From: a virus
Taxonomy: Duplodnaviria; Caudoviricetes
Length of the DNA: 26,706 nt
Strand: one strand, 5' to 3'
Virus record (IMG/VR): IMGVR_UViG_3300011258_001043
Location: 1-26,706 of that record
In this document: positions 9,759 through 18,672 of the stretch, one piece after another
Position numbering within the stretch: position 1 is the first letter of the stretch
Layout: the number at the start of each line of letters is the position of its first letter
The notes under the pieces: generated by a model
Told to the model about the DNA's origin: nothing
Databases searched by the model: none
Seen by the model: only the letters and a program-made list of their open reading frames with translations
Made by a program: the position numbers and the translations under genes

Positions 9759-10216
9759 TATAGTTTCTCCTTAAATTCATATATTTCAATTCCAGCTGGT
9801 TCGATCATATCGTTAGCCGCCGGTGTTATTGTATCGTATACCTTGTTATCCCATGATCTGCATATACCTACGAAGTTAACTCCGCTAAGCGTATGCCCTA
9901 CCATCTCGAACTCAATTATGTAGTCTTGATACTCAGCTTCATCTGGTACCAGTAGGGGTAGGTTCTCTGTGTCGAATCTCATAAAACCGTGTGAATAGTC
10001 TTCTGATGTTGCTGCGTTTATTTCTGTATAATCTATAGTAACTTCTTTGAGAAGGGTTGAACCGTTCTTTATTCTGCAAGTGAAGACACCATCAACTAGA
10101 GTACCTTGTCGGTAAACCCACGGTCTGATGTGTGCTACGGATGTATCTTTACTAATCCTAATGGTCTGTTCAAATACAACACCAGGGTATAGTTCATCTA
10201 ATATTAATGTACTCAT
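9758..10216 (-). CDS. Putative minor tail protein (start probably 10216)
   Basis: ATGA overlap with the upstream stop; position among tail-tip genes. Confidence 0.55.
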   Translation of the reverse strand: MSTLILDELYPGVVFEQTIRISKDTSVAHIRPWVYRQGTLVDGVFTCRIKNGSTLLKEVTIDYTEINAATSEDYSHGFMRFDTENLPLLVPDEAEYQDYIIEFEMVGHTLSGVNFVGICRSWDNKVYDTITPAANDMIEPAGIEIYEFKEKL

Positions 10217-10983
10217 ATACATTCCACCATTGATAGTTTAGCGTTATACAACTGTCCACCAGCTGCTGACCATGAAGGCATCTTGTTAATGTAACCGTAC
10301 ATACTCAATCTGAAACCACCATCATTCATAGCTGAGCTATCTTTATCTAGGATGATCCAAACAGGCTTAGTTATACCGTGGTATAAGAACATATCATCTA
10401 GAGTCTCTGTCTCATCTTTAGTACAGCTGTCTATGTTGCCGCCTATTGACTTTGAGAGGTTTCTAGAGTCGATGAATCTTTGACCGTATTCGTTAGTAGT
10501 TACATCTGAATTGTCTGTATGTCCATATTTAAAGGACGCGATTGATATACTGTTCTGTGGTAAGTTAATACGTTGACCTAAGAATACATTCCCAAGCTCT
10601 GAGTAAGAAGAACCGGTTAGTTCTATTTGCCAGTATCTATCTGATACTTCTGTTATATATTCAATACCCATGTTATGCTCAGCACTTAGAGTCACATTGA
10701 TTGGTGTTGATAGGCTGAAGTCTGTTGTAACTGAGCTTTTGAATACAGCTGTAATGATACCTAACTCACCTGTAGGGTCTCCTACTAGAGCTATTGTATC
10801 AACCGGGCTGGTTGTAGTCTGATCCACAAGGATAGTAACCGATGCTGTAGTTGATTGAAACTTGATACTAGGTGATGCGTTCAATAGATTAGATAAGGGG
10901 TACTGAGCGTTCGCTGTACCGGATGTTACTGATAGTACAGATGTGTCCATATTGTTTACTGATAGAAAGTTAATCCCCGACAT
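10213..10983 (-). CDS. Distal-tail-like protein with N-terminal beta-sandwich
   Basis: Directly follows the tape measure. YPLSNLL...RYWQIEL...ELGNVFLG resembles discoidin-like N-termini; the C-terminal half is Dit-like. Confidence 0.6.
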   Translation of the reverse strand: MSGINFLSVNNMDTSVLSVTSGTANAQYPLSNLLNASPSIKFQSTTASVTILVDQTTTSPVDTIALVGDPTGELGIITAVFKSSVTTDFSLSTPINVTLSAEHNMGIEYITEVSDRYWQIELTGSSYSELGNVFLGQRINLPQNSISIASFKYGHTDNSDVTTNEYGQRFIDSRNLSKSIGGNIDSCTKDETETLDDMFLYHGITKPVWIILDKDSSAMNDGGFRLSMYGYINKMPSWSAAGGQLYNAKLSMVECI

Positions 10984-12809
10984 TATATGTTCTCCCCTAA
11001 TACTAGACCGTCTGCTACTTGTCTAGATACTGATTTACCAACTGCTTCTCCGTCTAATTGAACTGTAGTGTGTACTACTATCTCTTGTCCACCACCAGCT
11101 CCTGCACCATTAGCTACATCAAATAATTGACTCTGTTGTCTACGGTTTAAGATCATCTCACCACTGTTTACATTAGCCTGTACGTTATCACCGGTAAAGC
11201 TGTTACCAGGTACGATACCACCCTGTTCAAATGAGGGGTTTGTATTGGCTATCTTGTTTACATTAGCCGCCGTTGATACAGCAACCGCTGCTGCTGCTGC
11301 AATGTTAAAGGGGTAAGGAACATCAGCCCATGCGCTCTGTATTGCACTATAACCATCAATTGTTGCTTGGTAGATCGCATATCCTTTACCTACAGCTGCT
11401 AGTTCTTTATTACTAGAGGTTGCTAATATGAGGGCGTCCTTCTCTAGTCTTGCGAAGTTCTCAACACTCTGCTTCTTAATCTTAGCTTTAGCGTCTGCTT
11501 CTGTCTTAGCTCTGGCTATAGATAGTCTAGACCGTTTATCTTCTTCGGACTCTTTTTTGTTGGCTAGTGCTGTTTCTTTTTCTAAGCTTACTTTTAGGTT
11601 CTTTGTTGTATTATCAACTGCTTTATTAATAGCTACTTGGTTGTCAACCGTTGCCTGCGCTGATGCTAATGCTTCATTCTTAGTAGCTGTGAATACATCC
11701 TTAACACCTTGAAGGTTCTCTTTAATAACTGCATACCCTGATGTATCATTACCTAGAAACTTATTGATTGCTTCACCAGCTCCTAATACTACTTCAGCTA
11801 AAGATATCCAACCTATGATTACTGAGTTAAGACCGGCTTTGATTAGATCAACTGCTATACTTAAACCGTTCCATGTGCTAGTTAGGAACTTGATTGAACC
11901 CCCGACTATATCTATAAGGTCCGGTAAGAAGCTAAGAGCTTTATTCATAGCCTCCTGTACAACCCCGCTCTTCTGAATTTCTTGAACCCATAGAGTCATT
12001 GTTGTAGTTGCAGCTTTTAGTGCCGGACTTAAGTCCTTAGCTACATCAGCTGCGAATAGAGATACGTTATCCTTTAATGTACTTATACGACCGTCTAGCG
12101 TTTGTGATCTCTTAACCATACCGTCAAATGCAAATCCACCCTTTTGGGATAGTGAAGCAAATGCCTTCTCGAAGTCTTTGAAGCTTACCTTACCGGCTGA
12201 TACTAAATCTTTAACAGCTGATTCTGCAACACCCATTGTCTTAGCAATAGCCGGTCCTATGGGAATAGCTCTCTCTTGGAACTGTAGCAATCTCTCACCG
12301 GTTAGTTTACCAGCTGCTGATACTTGACCGTAGATAAGAGCAATCACTTCCACTCGCTTACCGGATGCTGCTGCCACATCACCCATCTCCTGTAGTTTAT
12401 CCTGTACTTGATCTGCTGCAAAACCGAAACCTAATAGACCCTGTGCCGCTTCTGCTATACCTTGCAATTGAAACGGAGTTCCAGCTGAGAATACTTTTAA
12501 CTCTTCTACTAGAGTATTAGCAGCACCAGCTGAACCTGTTAAGATCTCAAACTGAGTGTTCATCGTTTCCATGTCTTTAGCACTCTGCACGAATGCATCA
12601 CCCATATCCACTAATCCACCGATTAGTTTAGATACGCCGATTGCTGCTATGTTGCCTGCAAATGACTTGAATGCACTACCAGACTGCTTTAGTTGAAGCT
12701 GTAGCTTTTGCACACCGGTTTGAGTCTTACCTAAACTATTATTGAGTTTATTAGTATTACTGATAGCTTTATCTGCTGCTAGGCTAATTTTGATGTTAAT
12801 ATCAGACAT
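10983..12809 (-). CDS. Tape measure protein (608 aa; start revised to ATG 12809)
   Basis: Tape-measure motif FSAGTPFQL...LGFG...MGDVAA...YGQVSAAGKL...QFQERAIPI. Ala-rich and helical, with C-terminal FEQGGIVPG...GEMILN. Follows the chaperone genes. Confidence 0.92.
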   Translation of the reverse strand: MSDINIKISLAADKAISNTNKLNNSLGKTQTGVQKLQLQLKQSGSAFKSFAGNIAAIGVSKLIGGLVDMGDAFVQSAKDMETMNTQFEILTGSAGAANTLVEELKVFSAGTPFQLQGIAEAAQGLLGFGFAADQVQDKLQEMGDVAAASGKRVEVIALIYGQVSAAGKLTGERLLQFQERAIPIGPAIAKTMGVAESAVKDLVSAGKVSFKDFEKAFASLSQKGGFAFDGMVKRSQTLDGRISTLKDNVSLFAADVAKDLSPALKAATTTMTLWVQEIQKSGVVQEAMNKALSFLPDLIDIVGGSIKFLTSTWNGLSIAVDLIKAGLNSVIIGWISLAEVVLGAGEAINKFLGNDTSGYAVIKENLQGVKDVFTATKNEALASAQATVDNQVAINKAVDNTTKNLKVSLEKETALANKKESEEDKRSRLSIARAKTEADAKAKIKKQSVENFARLEKDALILATSSNKELAAVGKGYAIYQATIDGYSAIQSAWADVPYPFNIAAAAAVAVSTAANVNKIANTNPSFEQGGIVPGNSFTGDNVQANVNSGEMILNRRQQSQLFDVANGAGAGGGQEIVVHTTVQLDGEAVGKSVSRQVADGLVLGENI

Positions 12810-13658
12810 TCTTCTTTCTTTCCTTTTGGTTCTCTCTGTGCTGCTTCTCACGTCTTTCAAATGATAATTGATCTAGTACGTTGAAAATTTCTATGATCTG
12901 GGCTGGTTGTTCTGTATACGGACCGTTGTATGGTAGTATTCCATGTTTCTCAAATGCATTGTGCATGTTTACAGCGAATGAGAAATTGTCGTATTTAAAC
13001 CGGCTTAGATCGCCTGAGAGTCTTAGATTAAGTGACCTTGCTATATCTGCCCTAGTCTTTATACTTAACTGTTGTTGTAGCTTCTGAATCTGCTCATCAG
13101 TGAACCCCCTCTCTAGGAGTCTAGGGTCTATTGAGTTGTCTTGATCCATTGAATGAAACTGCCCAACAATATTGATATAATCGTGAGTAGATAATGAGGA
13201 TACATCGTAGATTTTCCAGTGGATGTAATCCCATAAAGGTCCTAATGAGAACCAGTTACTATCTACTTCTTGGACTTTTTTTCCTTTACAAACTCCACAC
13301 CTTCAAGCTTGTCACCGGTAACTGGATTTTGGAATTCCTTAGGGATACCGTTTAATAGTGAAATGGCTACTAGTTGCATCTCTTGAGACTCTTCTAGGTT
13401 TAGGAGGTCATTCATGCATTCTTTAGATACAATCCCTTCTTCCATTTCTAACTCGTACTTTGAACCGTCTGATTCTTCAATACCTTCTACTTCTTTTAGA
13501 GAACATTGTAATGCGTAGAAAGCTGCGCTCATCTGGTTTCCTGACATGATCATCCCTTGGCATGTACTCTTCTGTTCAAAAGTAAGTGGGCTAATCTTCA
13601 CCGTTAGATCATGTATCTTTACCGGTATCTTGTCTGTAGTTTTATATATTCGTGCCAT
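12802..13658 (-). CDS. Tail assembly chaperone, long (gpGT-like) form, ~285 aa via -1 frameshift
   Basis: After A AAA AAG (13281-13275) the -1 frame is open (KVQEVDSNWFSLGPLWDYIHWKIY...FHSMDQDN) and joins ORF 12802..13149. Confidence 0.85.
13263..13658 (-). CDS. Tail assembly chaperone, short (gpG-like) form, 131 aa
   Basis: Lies between tube and tape measure. RBS CAGGAG precedes ATG 13658 (MARIYK). Ends just after the slippery site. Confidence 0.85.
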   Translation of the reverse strand: MARIYKTTDKIPVKIHDLTVKISPLTFEQKSTCQGMIMSGNQMSAAFYALQCSLKEVEGIEESDGSKYELEMEEGIVSKECMNDLLNLEESQEMQLVAISLLNGIPKEFQNPVTGDKLEGVEFVKEKKSKK

Positions 13659-13676
13659 GGTTGTCTCCTGACTGGT

Positions 13677-13715
13677 TAAAATGCCGGGAGGCTCTTTCAA
13701 GCCTTAACCCCCGGT
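13677..13715 (-). terminator. Bulged hairpin after the tail tube gene; probable partial terminator or mRNA-stabilising stem
   Basis: The minus strand reads CCGGG(GGTTA)AGGCT-TGAAAG-AGCCTCCCGG-CATTTT. Confidence 0.45.
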
Positions 13716-13727
13716 TTATTAAATTCT

Positions 13728-14906
13728 CTAGAATACTGCTATTACGATCTCATCAGTTGCGGCATCTGAACCACGACCTGCTGTGAAAGCAATTGCATCT
13801 TGTAGTACTTCATCTTGATCAGATTCGCCTAACTCTGTAGTAACACATGCCGGTAAGTGGAATGCAACTACTTGCGACTTCTCACCATCTACTGCTGTAG
13901 GTACGTGAGCTGATGCGAATAAAGTATACTCGGTGTTTAGATCGAACTTATTGAATTGACCTAAATCATCATCCTGCTTATAAGGATTACATGTACCGGT
14001 GACTGTTCTCTCAACTACACGAGATGAGATACGACCATTTGGTGAGCATGTAGATGTAACGAAACCCATGCTGTTCTCAACAGAGAATGATAGTTCATTA
14101 ACCTGTATAGCAACACTGTCTTGATAGACACAAGCTTCCAATATAATTGGTGGTAATGCATCTTGATAGTCAGCTGTAAACGGTGATGATGCTAGACTGC
14201 GATCATAAGTTAGACCCTCAAAAGCGAAGTTTAAGCTTGCTAGTTGACCTGTAGTGAAGTTCTCTAGCGATATAGAGCCAACCTTTGCTCCTACAGCAGC
14301 TTCTAGGACAGCATCTTCAATATACTTAGATATCGATAAAGACGGGTGCCCACTGTTCGCAACATTATACATAACACCTTTTGCAAGTTCTACGTTGTCA
14401 GCTGGTGCTGAGTCCATAGCAATTGCTAGTGTAATGTTCGCTGCTGAAGCAGTTGAGTCTACGGCAGAAATAGGGCTAACGTGGTAGTCGCCTGATTCTT
14501 TAATCATTACAATGTCGTTAACTTGATACTTTGAAATATCAGCGTCTTCGATTTGAATTACTGTTGTTGAATGTCCTGTTTTAGATGTTGAAGCGGCAAC
14601 TGTAGTACGCGCACCTAGTCCAGATCTCATTAATAGATCCCATTCTGGTACGTCTCCTTCAGCTTCTCCGGCTCTCATTTCAACAGGTACTGCACCAGAT
14701 ACAGACTTAGTTCCTGTACGTGGCGTAACTTTACCGATTGTTCCATTGAAGACATCTCTTTCGAGAAGTTCTTTAGCTGGTGTAATTTCAGCTCCATCTG
14801 TTAGTGTCTGTACATAGCTTGTAGCAGCACTTGGGGCTTCGTATACACCTTCTACGGACTCTTCTTCAACGGCATATACGGTATTTCTTTTAACTGTTGT
14901 AGCCAT
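13728..14906 (-). CDS. Major tail tube protein with internal insertion domain
   Basis: Precedes the chaperone and tape measure. VYAVEE..EGVY, LERD...GTKSVSGAVPVEM, GAKVGSISL and RTVTGT resemble tube proteins. Strong RBS. Confidence 0.8.
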   Translation of the reverse strand: MATTVKRNTVYAVEEESVEGVYEAPSAATSYVQTLTDGAEITPAKELLERDVFNGTIGKVTPRTGTKSVSGAVPVEMRAGEAEGDVPEWDLLMRSGLGARTTVAASTSKTGHSTTVIQIEDADISKYQVNDIVMIKESGDYHVSPISAVDSTASAANITLAIAMDSAPADNVELAKGVMYNVANSGHPSLSISKYIEDAVLEAAVGAKVGSISLENFTTGQLASLNFAFEGLTYDRSLASSPFTADYQDALPPIILEACVYQDSVAIQVNELSFSVENSMGFVTSTCSPNGRISSRVVERTVTGTCNPYKQDDDLGQFNKFDLNTEYTLFASAHVPTAVDGEKSQVVAFHLPACVTTELGESDQDEVLQDAIAFTAGRGSDAATDEIVIAVF

Positions 14907-14915
14907 TTAATTCTC

Positions 14916-15368
14916 CTATATTAAAGTAAAACGGTATAAAATGTTAATTGAGGCTTTCATAACCACTACCTTCTCTTCATCTAAATACTCAGCGTCTTCT
15001 ACATTCAAGTCTGTTATATTCATAACTATAGAAGGTACACCAGCTTTGGTGTTAATGAGGTCCTTATATATGTCAAGAAACAGGTCTTGAAGTTCTGTGC
15101 GCTTTGCTTGTTTATCAGCATCACTGATGCCGTCATCGATAAACGCTTTAGTAAGTACTACCTGAAACACCTGTTCCATGGTTACATACTTAGTCACGGA
15201 GTCAGTTTCAAATGAGGCTTGAGGTATGACACCGTACCGGTTATGGTTTTGATTGAAATTGTTTTGACTGACATCAATTAAGAACGGTAATTCACTGAAT
15301 TCCGAACCTAGGACCGTTGAGACCCTTGTCTTGATACCTGCCAATAAATCATTAATTAATACACTCAT
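14916..15368 (-). CDS. Putative tail terminator / neck protein
   Basis: 150 aa directly upstream of the tube gene, with an alpha/beta pattern and a terminal beta strand. Call rests mainly on synteny. Confidence 0.6.
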   Translation of the reverse strand: MSVLINDLLAGIKTRVSTVLGSEFSELPFLIDVSQNNFNQNHNRYGVIPQASFETDSVTKYVTMEQVFQVVLTKAFIDDGISDADKQAKRTELQDLFLDIYKDLINTKAGVPSIVMNITDLNVEDAEYLDEEKVVVMKASINILYRFTLI

Positions 15369-16198
15369 CGTGTGAACCTTATAGACTTATGTGGGTTTAG
15401 CTTTTCATCAGCATCTACTGCACCATCATCGTCTTTATCCATGCTAATCTTAGCAGCACTGAATGTCTTGTTGTATAAGTTCATATATTCTTTATGCTTA
15501 TTCCACCAGTTGTCGTCTACATCATCTGACAATAAGAAGAATATCTTTGAAAGGGCTAGGTATGTAGCTGCCTCTCTTATTTCATATATATCTAATAAAT
15601 CCCATTGAGTTATGTTCTCATAGTTACCATCTGCATCATATTTGATATAACCTTCGTTACGCATGATTTGAACCATTAGGTTACGTGCAGCAACGTGGTG
15701 TACGATGTGGGAAGTCTGTCCAGCCGCTATTATGCGTGGATCTAGGATGCTAGGGAATTCTCTCTTAAGCATTTGATCATCACTGAATACTAAGTTAAGA
15801 CCGGCTAGTTCTGCTGTGTTACCGTTATCGTATGATGCTCTAATCCAATAAGAAGTATCTGAATTAACTTCTACTAGTGAGTCTTCTAAGTCTGCTCTAT
15901 CCCATGAGATAAAACCGGATCTTGACAAGCCTTGTGTCTCATCTTGATGCGTTAATGATACCCATGATGTACCGTTATATACTTCTAAAGTCAGTTCTGA
16001 GCTTGAAGCGTCTGCTGTATCTAACTCGGCATACACAGCATTGATCGGTTTACGGAACCCTATGTATAGGAAGTCTGTTGCTGGTGCCATAGCTAATGTA
16101 AATGAATCTCTCAAGTAATCAGCTGCTTCATTTGAATGATCCGTGAATGTTGAGGCATTGTCCTCTAATACGGTTAATTTAACTCTTGCATCTATCAT
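15365..16198 (-). CDS. Putative head-tail adaptor with extra N-terminal beta domain
   Basis: The C-terminal half (FSDDQML...IREAATYLALSKIF...DKDDDG) resembles helical adaptors. About 135 beta-rich residues precede it. Confidence 0.55.
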   Translation of the reverse strand: MIDARVKLTVLEDNASTFTDHSNEAADYLRDSFTLAMAPATDFLYIGFRKPINAVYAELDTADASSSELTLEVYNGTSWVSLTHQDETQGLSRSGFISWDRADLEDSLVEVNSDTSYWIRASYDNGNTAELAGLNLVFSDDQMLKREFPSILDPRIIAAGQTSHIVHHVAARNLMVQIMRNEGYIKYDADGNYENITQWDLLDIYEIREAATYLALSKIFFLLSDDVDDNWWNKHKEYMNLYNKTFSAAKISMDKDDDGAVDADEKLNPHKSIRFTR

Positions 16199-16419
16199 TT
16201 AAATATACCTTCCCAAAATCTTGATAGGGTGGCTATGATACCGATTAGTATACCAGCCCCCTTTAGTTTCCAATTGTCAGCTTTTAGACTGTCTACGTCT
16301 TTTGTGTTCTCATCTACATCTTCTCTAAGGGATTTGATCTTTACGTTATCCTTAGCTTGATTGATTCTTATATCTACTACCGCTTCGTGTATCTCTTTGA
16401 GTAATTGTTCTTGCTTCAT
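16195..16419 (-). CDS. Small coiled-coil protein with a C-terminal TM helix (holin-like / XhlA-like); start probably 16419
   Basis: ATGA overlap with the upstream stop. A heptad-like charged region is followed by GAGILIGIIATLS. Confidence 0.5.
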   Translation of the reverse strand: MKQEQLLKEIHEAVVDIRINQAKDNVKIKSLREDVDENTKDVDSLKADNWKLKGAGILIGIIATLSRFWEGIFK

Positions 16420-16898
16420 ATCTTCCCCATAATCTTTGCGCACATCTTAGTTGGCGATGTCATGCTGTAATAAATTCCGCTAACTTTACCTACCGCTTCA
16501 ACACAGAATAGGTGTGAAGACCTCTCCCAAGGATTGTGTTCTGGTAGCTTCTCTTTAAACAATATCAATCTTATAAATCTATATGCGAAGTATGCTATAC
16601 CGTACCAATCGTAAGGTTTTCCCCACAAGTCCATCATTTCAGATACTATTTCAGTACTAGGTCTGTCGCCCTGTTCGCATTCTAGTTTATATAATTCTTC
16701 GTTAATCTCTAACCACTTATAGTATGGTACTATCCTGACACCACTACCAAATACAGACTCAACGACCATCTTTTCGTTTATTAGTAATGCAACGTGTGAC
16801 GGTCTGTTTTCTACATCTAAATTTTCATACTTAGACGCCCAAGCAATCAGTTTAGAACCGATTTTTTTATTGCGACTGAATAAGTATTGTATCTTCAT
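16416..16898 (-). CDS. Permuted papain-like NlpC/P60 (YiiX/YaeF-like) enzyme
   Basis: His precedes Cys: PSHVAL...VVES...GVR...GKPYDW...LFCVE. Confidence 0.8.
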   Translation of the reverse strand: MKIQYLFSRNKKIGSKLIAWASKYENLDVENRPSHVALLINEKMVVESVFGSGVRIVPYYKWLEINEELYKLECEQGDRPSTEIVSEMMDLWGKPYDWYGIAYFAYRFIRLILFKEKLPEHNPWERSSHLFCVEAVGKVSGIYYSMTSPTKMCAKIMGKI

Positions 16899-17401
16899 TA
16901 TACGCCTATGTAGTTGGTTATTTTAAGTTTGAAAGCATCAAGTCTTTCATCTGTCACAAACGGTGCTAGTTCTACAGGAATACCGTCAGCTTTCAGAGTA
17001 TCTATTTCATGAATAACTTCATACAAAGAACCAGATTGTCCGTATCTCATTACACCTTGTAGATAATCAGCAACATCTTTTGTTTTGTTTAATACAGTTA
17101 TACCCATTGTTATATTTTCAGCAGCATAAGTAACCATTATCTCTTGGAAGAATTCTATAGCGTTTTGAACTATGATCTCGTATGGTGCTAGAGGATTTTC
17201 TAATGGCGGAGTATATACCTCGTAACCAGAAGTCGAGCTAGGCATATCGAAGAAGTTCATTGTATTTATTTGTTGTAGTTTAACCGAAGATTCGTTGTGA
17301 GTGTTCACTAAGTATCTAGAGTTAGCGTCGGTGTTTCCTTCTTGTTGAACTATGTAATTAACCTTATCGGGGTTTGCGTCTACTATTTCCTGTAATGTCA
17401 C
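16898..17401 (-). CDS. Hypothetical protein, possible fibre chaperone
   Basis: 167 aa, translationally coupled to the upstream fibre-like gene, with a helical C-terminal half. Confidence 0.45.
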   Translation of the reverse strand: MTLQEIVDANPDKVNYIVQQEGNTDANSRYLVNTHNESSVKLQQINTMNFFDMPSSTSGYEVYTPPLENPLAPYEIIVQNAIEFFQEIMVTYAAENITMGITVLNKTKDVADYLQGVMRYGQSGSLYEVIHEIDTLKADGIPVELAPFVTDERLDAFKLKITNYIGV

Positions 17402-18672
17402 GGATTCTCTCCTATGTATTCAATAATAAAATTTGTTCTTACACCTAATATGTTACAAACTGCTGCTGCCTCGTTATTAAATACACCACAACGTAATTTA
17501 TCTCCGGCTACCGCATCATAAGTAAAGGCCGCCGTACAGCTACCAAAGTTAGAGGCGTCGCTACTACGAGTATAGGCGTGTGAATATGATTTATCTATAT
17601 CGATAAAGCCACCACCACCGGTAGAAGATTGCCAGAAAGCATTGGGTTGTACACGACCATTTGCGGTTCTTTGAACGTTAACCTTGCTTGTTATTCTATA
17701 TCTTCCTGCTTTGTCAAGAGTAATTTCGCTATCCCCTGGAGTGTGAGTAAAACAGTCGGAGTCAAATAAGTCCTGATCGTTCCAGTTTATTATTGTTGTA
17801 GCAACACCTGTTACTGTTTGATTAGCACCACTTACTAGCTCTGATATACCGCCTTGTAGTAGGTCTGCTCTAGATTTATCGCTATCTCCGTTAATCATAA
17901 AGTTTGCAAATTGAGCATCTAGCTTAACAACCACAAACGCCACCGGAAGAGTTAGTGTGTAGTCGTTTAATATTGGTCCTTGTGCTTGTAGTTCCAAATA
18001 ATCATTCGCTGTTGCTGTGTATAGAAATCCTGAATGAAAATTAAAGTCTAAATTTAAAGCGTTGTTGTTGTTACCTGCCGAACCGTAATTACTGGATTCA
18101 GAACCTAGAATTGCTGAGTCAATCCCGTTAACAATTACTCTACCTTCTGCTGGTAATGGGTTATCTTCAGCAAATGCTCCAAAGCTGTAGTAACAATAAT
18201 ATGTACCGGTTTCTTTTAGCCTAACTTGCGTGTTAGCACCAGGGTTTATATCTATAACACTCGTTTGTGTTGCTATTGTTTCTTGTAATGGATATGCAGT
18301 CCATGTTGTCGGTATTACCGAACCTATTGTTAAAAAGTTTCCTTGAAGAGCCGGCATTGCGTCCGGTAAAGCATCAAGTATTGTTTTTGTTGTATCGATT
18401 GCTTCTTTAACGTTGCTTGCACCTAGTTGTGCGTTTGTGTCATCGAAAGCTATATCATCTGCTCGAAGTTGACGCCAGTCATTGTTACCAGCGCCATATT
18501 TATAATGAATAAGTTGAGTATCTTGGTTAAAGTAGAAAGTGTTTTGAGGCGCAGCATTACCATCAGGCAACCCCGAACCGGCGCAAAGATAATATAAGAT
18601 GTTACCATCGTTATCCCGAACAGCTAAGCCGTCCTGGTCTATGTCAAAAGCATTGTCTACATTAATAGCCAT
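17398..18672 (-). CDS. Fibre/spike-like virion protein with two tandem C1q/BclA-like jelly-roll domains
   Basis: The pattern occurs twice: VRLKETGTYYCYY...ATANDYLELQ and ITLDKAGRYRITS...AVAGDKLRCG. ASNVKEAID is a fibre-type linker. Confidence 0.6.
   Translation of the reverse strand: MAINVDNAFDIDQDGLAVRDNDGNILYYLCAGSGLPDGNAAPQNTFYFNQDTQLIHYKYGAGNNDWRQLRADDIAFDDTNAQLGASNVKEAIDTTKTILDALPDAMPALQGNFLTIGSVIPTTWTAYPLQETIATQTSVIDINPGANTQVRLKETGTYYCYYSFGAFAEDNPLPAEGRVIVNGIDSAILGSESSNYGSAGNNNNALNLDFNFHSGFLYTATANDYLELQAQGPILNDYTLTLPVAFVVVKLDAQFANFMINGDSDKSRADLLQGGISELVSGANQTVTGVATTIINWNDQDLFDSDCFTHTPGDSEITLDKAGRYRITSKVNVQRTANGRVQPNAFWQSSTGGGGFIDIDKSYSHAYTRSSDASNFGSCTAAFTYDAVAGDKLRCGVFNNEAAAVCNILGVRTNFIIEYIGENP

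Noticed and set aside
13728-14906. The 392-aa protein as a contractile tail sheath
   Set aside because: No separate small tube gene or baseplate wedge genes are present. Its motifs and its position before the chaperone fit a tube protein with an insertion.
17785-17797. Partial third copy of the late motif core (GTTTATTATTGTT)
   Set aside because: It lies mid-gene, lacks the GTATA part and has no downstream start; probably chance in AT-rich DNA.
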